IMG/VR virus record: IMGVR_UViG_3300044712_000688
Coordinates: 1-64,000 of that record
Source: a virus
Length of the DNA: 64,000 nt
Reading direction: 5' to 3' (one strand)
Position 1 is the stretch's first letter. Every line of letters starts with the position of its first letter. Below the pieces are notes generated by a model. The model saw only the letters and a program-made list of their open reading frames with translations, was not told the origin of the DNA and made no database searches. Positions 59,143 through 64,000 of the stretch are shown here, piece by piece. Made by a program: the position numbers and the translations under genes.

Positions 59143-59168
59143 GTCGCTACAAAAGGCGCAAGGAAATT

Positions 59169-59342
59169 ATGAACGCACGAAAGACCGCACTAGAAGTCTT
59201 TGGGGCGCTCGCCGAGTATGACGCAAAGCCAGAAGTCTTTTCGATTTTCGATGGAATGGAATTCGAAGTCGTGAACGAAACTGGAATGGCGTTGGATGTT
59301 GAGTTCGTTGGTCGCACCATTACAATTAGGAATTGGAAATAA
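59169..59342 (+). CDS. Hypothetical protein
   Basis: AAGGA RBS. Confidence 0.55.
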   Translation: MNARKTALEVFGALAEYDAKPEVFSIFDGMEFEVVNETGMALDVEFVGRTITIRNWK

Positions 59343-59752
59343 TCGTGATTGGATTTCACCGTTTTATGGAAAAGTTTTGGCGAGTGATTAGCGCGATTGC
59401 CTTTCGCACTTTTCACACTACGCAGACGCTCGCGCATAAGTCTTATGTAAAGGGTGGTCGCCACGGTCGCCGTCGTCAGGAACGCAAACCCCTAACCGCA
59501 ATCTGGAAGTGGTGGCAGAATGTCAAAGCGCAATTCTGAGTTCGCGATTATTTGGCGTGGCCTTGCTGTTGGGCTAGGGTTTGTCTTTATTATGGGGTTC
59601 GCGATCGGTTATCGTGACGGGCTTACCCCCTGGTTTTTGCTTGGCGCAGCTACTGTTTGTTGGTGGCTATCAAGAAATTGATTTGACTTTTTAGGGAAAC
59701 GCAGTAAACTGATTCTGTTAGCAAATGCTGACACTTACGAAAGGGAAACAAA

Positions 59753-60124
59753 ATGGGAACAAAGGTATTCGCAATTCGTATCAATGAAGATGGCGGATTT
59801 GTTTTCGGGGACGAAACTCACGAAGTAATTTCACTTGACTTTCTACAGTCATTCGTTGGCGGTTGGGTTCAGGTTGTGCCACTATCTGGTTCACTCTCTG
59901 GCTTGTCAATGTGGCTAAACGAAGAAGGCAAGTTTTCAGACCTTCCGCTAAATGAGTTGGCAACCGCAATTTGGGAAGACTCATACGGCAAGACTGATTT
60001 TATCGTTGGCAATGTTCTAATCACTGGTGGCGAAGACTACGATGGTGAGATTGAAACTCTCACTAGTGAAGAAACTGATAAGATTATGGAAGTTGTTCTG
60101 AAAGCAATGGAACACTCTCACTAA
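59753..60124 (+). CDS. DUF3846-like protein
   Basis: LQSFVGGWVQ, NEEGK...N.LAT, DFIVGNVLITG. Confidence 0.8.
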   Translation: MGTKVFAIRINEDGGFVFGDETHEVISLDFLQSFVGGWVQVVPLSGSLSGLSMWLNEEGKFSDLPLNELATAIWEDSYGKTDFIVGNVLITGGEDYDGEIETLTSEETDKIMEVVLKAMEHSH

Positions 60125-60192
60125 GTTTCGTTTCCCTACGAAAAAAGACCTAGGCTAAGTCTCTAAACTGGCCTTTTATCACGCCTAGATTA

Positions 60193-60310
60193 TGGAAGCT
60201 CGCGCTCGCAGTTTTGATCAAAATTGTTCGCAGCTTGGCCCGGCCCTGGCCTAGTTGGTCGATCCGCGCTCGCCGGCCTTGGTCGATCCGCGCAGCTCGA
60301 CACGCTCGCA
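60193..60310. repeat. Polylinker-like linker
   Basis: Repeated GCTCGC, TTGGTCGATCCGCG x2, GCAGCT, GGCC and CCGG. Confidence 0.8.
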
Positions 60311-60396
60311 AACATTCGTTGGAAGTTGCTTGACTTTTACTCGCGCAGTGTGGCAAGATTGAGTTAGCCGAAAGGCACTAAGGAAAGGGAAACAAA

Positions 60397-60825
60397 ATGG
60401 AAACTGTAGTAATGGCATTCGAAACTTTCGAGATTACCAATTCTTGTATCTGTGAAGATTACGATGAAGACACCGAGATGTCGTCACCTAGCAACGAATG
60501 TTGGGGTTGCTATGACGATGAAGTTAGCAACTTGTGGTATGAAGTCATCAAGCCTTGGATGAACGCGAATGGCTACGATGAAGCCACTAACCTAATCATT
60601 CGCGGAAGTGGAATGACTTGGCAACGCTTGAGCGGATACGCTTACGCGACACCGAAGACGCTTGTTGAGAAGTTGTCTATCAACGGCGATTGGACACTAA
60701 GGTTCAAGATTACAGACGGCGCGAAGACACTCACCGCTGTTCGCTACTCTCACGATGAGCCAGTTGGCACTGGCGAGTTTACTTTCGAAGTTGCCGAAGA
60801 AGAAGACGAAGACGAATTGTTCTAG
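60397..60825 (+). CDS. Acidic phage protein
   Basis: Consensus RBS; YSHDEP motif. Confidence 0.7.
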   Translation: METVVMAFETFEITNSCICEDYDEDTEMSSPSNECWGCYDDEVSNLWYEVIKPWMNANGYDEATNLIIRGSGMTWQRLSGYAYATPKTLVEKLSINGDWTLRFKITDGAKTLTAVRYSHDEPVGTGEFTFEVAEEEDEDELF

Positions 60826-60936
60826 CGCGACACGCTCGCGACACGCAACCGCCCGATGTGGCGGTTGTTGTGTTTTTGGCAGATGTGTGGCATACTTTTG
60901 TTATCGGCAGAAAGCCGAAAAACGAAAGGGAAACAA

Positions 60937-61107
60937 ATGGCACTAGACGCACAGACCGCAAACACCGTTCGACACTTGCTAATGCGCTTGTCGGCAGAGA
61001 CAACCGTAGACGCTTGGTTGCTCGCAGAGAATGAAGAATTGGCAGAAATGTGGAAAGACGGCGCAACCTATGAGCAAATGCTCGAATGGGTAAACGAAAA
61101 CTTTTAG
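60937..61107 (+). CDS. Hypothetical protein
   Basis: Consensus RBS and terminator. Confidence 0.6.
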   Translation: MALDAQTANTVRHLLMRLSAETTVDAWLLAENEELAEMWKDGATYEQMLEWVNENF

Positions 61108-61152
61108 CCCGAAGAAATGGAAAGCCCTCGCGAAAGCGGGGGTTTTCTTTTT

Positions 61153-61283
61153 ACGCGCTCGCGGGTTTTTGATTCTGATCGATCACCGGCCAGGACCGCG
61201 CAGCTTGTTCGTTCGAAGTTGGCAGCTTGTTCGCCGGATACCGCCGGGCTTAGGCAGCTTGTTCGCCGGGGCAAGGCCGGAAG
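61153..61283. repeat. Polylinker-like linker
   Basis: GGCAGCTTGTTCGCCGG x2, GATCGATC, several CCGG. Confidence 0.8.
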
Positions 61284-61389
61284 CCGTTATCAATTTGTTA
61301 CAAAAATTATTTGGAAATTGACTTGTATTTTCGAAAAATAGAGTATGCTTATTACATAAGCCGAAAGGCAAAAACGAAAGGGAAACGAA

Positions 61390-61722
61390 ATGCTACTAAA
61401 CACTAAGACCGAGATTGCTTTCACTACTGGCGAGATTGACGGCAAGAAGTTCATCGGCGCAACCAAAGCAGACGCAAGCGCAGTTTTCACCGCTTGGCTA
61501 AACGACAACCTAGATTGGGTTTCGGCAGGGCGTGAGAACAACGCGGTTGAGATTGTTGGCGTATCTTATGACTTGGTTTCGTTCAACAATTCTGTTTATG
61601 TCGCTTGGTTGTGCAATGAATGCGAGAGCAACGATTGCGAGAGCGATGGCGAACCGCACGAAGAAGAGATTGGCAATTGCCGATTCGAAGATTTGGAATT
61701 GGTTAGCGAGTATCGGCGCTAA
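61390..61722 (+). CDS. Hypothetical protein, Cys-containing acidic C terminus
   Basis: Consensus RBS and terminator. Confidence 0.65.
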   Translation: MLLNTKTEIAFTTGEIDGKKFIGATKADASAVFTAWLNDNLDWVSAGRENNAVEIVGVSYDLVSFNNSVYVAWLCNECESNDCESDGEPHEEEIGNCRFEDLELVSEYRR

Positions 61723-61771
61723 CCCCAAACCCGAAAGCCCCTAGCAGAGATGCTAGGGGTTTCTTTTTGTG

Positions 61772-62020
61772 TGGATTGTTTCGCGCTCGCGGTCTCTAAT
61801 TTTGATCGAAATTGCTCGCAGCTTGTTGGTCGATCGACCGAAGTTTTTGGCAGCTCGCGCCGGGTTGTTCGCAGCTCATACCCCAAACCTTGCCGGGTTG
61901 TTCGTTAGAAGTTTGCCGGATTGCTCGCAGCTCATAGTCGGATTGCGCCGGGCCTTGCCGGGTTAGAAGCAGCTCGCGCTCGCCGGATTGGTTGGAAGTT
62001 GGTTAGCAGTCTGCCGGGGC
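61772..62020. repeat. Long polylinker-like linker
   Basis: Multiple GCAGCT, GCCGG, GCTCGC, GATC. Confidence 0.8.
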
Positions 62021-62148
62021 GAGTGCTAATTTCCCGTTATCAAACTGTGATAAAAATTTTCTCGAATTGACTTGACAAAAGAAAAAATACCGCTTATGCT
62101 TATTCCATAAGCCAAACGGCTTAGATACAAAAACGAAAGGGAAACAAA

Positions 62149-62451
62149 ATGACCGCAAAGACCGCAACCGTAGCAGTAGACCTAGTTTCACTCATCGCCG
62201 AGTTGGTAGATGTGAAGAAGGCAAAGGCAGACCTAGCAAACCGCGAGAGCGCAATTCGCAAGGTTGTCTTGGCAGAAACTGGAAATACCGCAACCGTAAT
62301 CGCAGACCCAAAAACTGGCGAAGTGATTGCCGAAGTGACCGAGAGCGTTCGCCGTTCGGTAAACGATTGGGAAGAGTTCGAAGCAACTTACCCAGAAGCA
62401 TACGAAGCCTTGGTGAAGTTCACCGATGTTTTGACCCTGAACACAAAGTAA
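62149..62451 (+). CDS. Small coiled-coil protein, paralog of 55424-55723
   Basis: Near-identical C-terminal 40 aa. Confidence 0.75.
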   Translation: MTAKTATVAVDLVSLIAELVDVKKAKADLANRESAIRKVVLAETGNTATVIADPKTGEVIAEVTESVRRSVNDWEEFEATYPEAYEALVKFTDVLTLNTK

Positions 62452-62644
62452 AGGGAAAGCGAAAGCCCCTAGCCCGAAAGGGTTAGGGGTTTTCTTTTGC
62501 GCTCGCCAGGATTTGCCTTGGTCGATCCGCGCAACACGCTGAAGAAAAAAAGTTTTGGAATTGACTTGACAAATAAATTAGACCCTGTATGCTTATTACA
62601 TAAGCCAAAAGGGCTTGAGAAAAAAACGAAAGGGAAACAGAAAA

Positions 62645-62938
62645 ATGACTTACACGAAGCACGAAGTAGCGCAGGGTATCGCAGCTTGGTTCGCAATTCT
62701 ATCGGCAGGAATTGTCGCGCCGTTTAGCCTAGAGTTCGTTGGCGTTATCAACTCGATTGGATACGCAGACCTAGCCGAGAAGCAGGCCGACATTGCGCCT
62801 TACCTATTCGGTTCGCTCGCCGTCTTGGTTGTGGCTATGGCGGTTCTGATTGGTTCGTATGTGGCCGAGAACAGGTTCTGGCTACGCCGTAGCCTTGCCG
62901 ACAAACTGGAAAGGCTCGCGCTCGCCGTTCGTGGCTAA
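62645..62938 (+). CDS. Two-TM membrane protein
   Basis: TTGACA-17-TATGCT promoter, RBS and terminator. Confidence 0.65.
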   Translation: MTYTKHEVAQGIAAWFAILSAGIVAPFSLEFVGVINSIGYADLAEKQADIAPYLFGSLAVLVVAMAVLIGSYVAENRFWLRRSLADKLERLALAVRG

Positions 62939-63097
62939 CCCCCTAGCCGAGAAGCCCCTAGCCGATTGTGGCTAGGGGTTTTTCTTTACCGCGACACGCT
63001 CGAAAAAAAAGTTTGCGGAAACCCTTGACAATTGGTTTAGGGTTGGTAAATTAGAAGTGTTAGGTGATACCGCCTAGCAAAACGAAAGGGAAATGAA

Positions 63098-63331
63098 ATG
63101 AACATTCAGAAGTTTGAGAAGGCACAAGACAGACTAACCGCGGTTGTATTCGTTGCGGGTATGGTTGCTTGGTTCTTTGGCGCGGATTACTACGGCTTGG
63201 CTATGGCTAATGACCTAAGCGGATTCGGTGAAGTTGCTTACCCGATTATTCTTGCCGTTAGCGCGGTTGTGGCTATTACCGCGCTCGCGGTGAAAGCCTA
63301 CGGATACCGCCTAGCAAAGACTTACCGCTAA
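63098..63331 (+). CDS. Two-TM membrane protein (similar layout to 62645)
   Basis: TTGACA promoter near 63024, RBS and terminator. Confidence 0.65.
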   Translation: MNIQKFEKAQDRLTAVVFVAGMVAWFFGADYYGLAMANDLSGFGEVAYPIILAVSAVVAITALAVKAYGYRLAKTYR

Positions 63332-63347
63332 CCCCCTAAGCGGTAAA

Positions 63348-63385
63348 CCGAAAGCCCCCTAGCCCCCTAGGGGGTTTTCTTTTGC
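63348..63385 (+). terminator. CCCCTAG/CTAGGGG-type terminator (family also near 61730, 62458, 62950)
   Basis: GAAAGCCCCCTAG-CCCC-CTAGGGGGTTTTCTTTT. Confidence 0.75.
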
Positions 63386-64000
63386 CGTTGCCGTCTAGGA
63401 TTGCTCGCAGCTTGGGCTTGCCGTTGCTTGGTTGTTGGGTTGGTTGTTGGTCGATCCGCGCGTGAGTATCGCGCCCCCGGAAATGGCTCGCCAGTTTTGC
63501 TCGCGTGTTGCTTGGCTAGGCACACACACACACAAACACGCAGGGCTAGGTTTGCTCGAAGCAAAGCTCGAAGACTTGGCAGAAGTTTGCCTAGGCTCGC
63601 CAGGATTAGGCTAACCCCTAAACCCTAGCCCCCTAGGTTCGTTGATAGGTTGTTAGCCCCTAGGCAGACTTATGATGACCCCCAAAGGTTCGTGAGAAGG
63701 CTCGCACACACACAAGACACAAAGACCTAGGCACTTAGTCTTGACCCTTTCGAAGTTGTATCACTATGACCCCCTAGAAAAAAACTTTTTTTATTTTTGG
63801 CAGGAAAAAGGCACTAACTATCAACGAAGAAAAAAGGAAGGCATACCCCCTACTTTTAGGAAACAATTTCGGGGGCGGCCACGATCAACGACTGCCGTCT
63901 CACCCGCCAAAAGCACCTAGCGGTCAATATAGCATAGTACCCCCCTTCTGCAAATTCCTCGGCCAAATAGACGCCCCTATTTACAAAATCCAGCTCCACA

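Larger units (their letters stand above)
46282..63390 (+). other. Array of about 20 early-type expression units separated by palindrome-dense linkers
   Basis: Repeating linker, sigma70-like promoter, 5' hairpin, GAAAGGGAAAC RBS, 1-5 small genes, usually a terminator. Confidence 0.85.

Noticed and set aside
46282-63620. Linkers as a CRISPR array
   Set aside because: No fixed-length repeat or spacer, whole genes lie between them, and no cas genes are present.
46282-63620. Integron cassette array
   Set aside because: Some stops sit in CTAAC (RYYYAAC-like at about 51565 and 53133), but there are no consistent GTTRRRY partners or attC folds, most units have their own promoter, and there is no integrase in the window.

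Overview
64 kb segment of a large tailed phage of Actinobacteria, probably a freshwater type. Host assignment rests on nrdHIEF, WhiB, DUF3039, a ClgR-like HTH, an actinobacterial-type tmRNA and several leaderless genes. 1-4.7 kb: tail/fibre genes on the minus strand. 4.8-27 kb: nucleotide metabolism, RNA repair, a split C5 DNA methyltransferase, six tRNAs, tmRNA and redox genes. 28-35.6 kb: lysis and surface genes. 35.6-36.35 kb: non-coding, repeat-containing divergence point. 36-46 kb: glycan-modification and 2OG-oxygenase genes. 46.3-63.4 kb: array of about 20 mostly self-contained early-type units (promoter, 5' hairpin, uniform GAAAGGGAAAC RBS, small gene(s), usually a terminator). Most striking signal: coding DNA in this array is almost free of GATC/AGCT/CCGG, while the short linkers between units are packed with those sites like natural polylinkers. 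Two strand-polarised motifs flip orientation near 52.6-53.7 kb. Candidate small RNAs with C-rich loops are complementary to the shared RBS. All motif counts are by eye and need computational confirmation; protein calls come from recognised motifs, not database searches.
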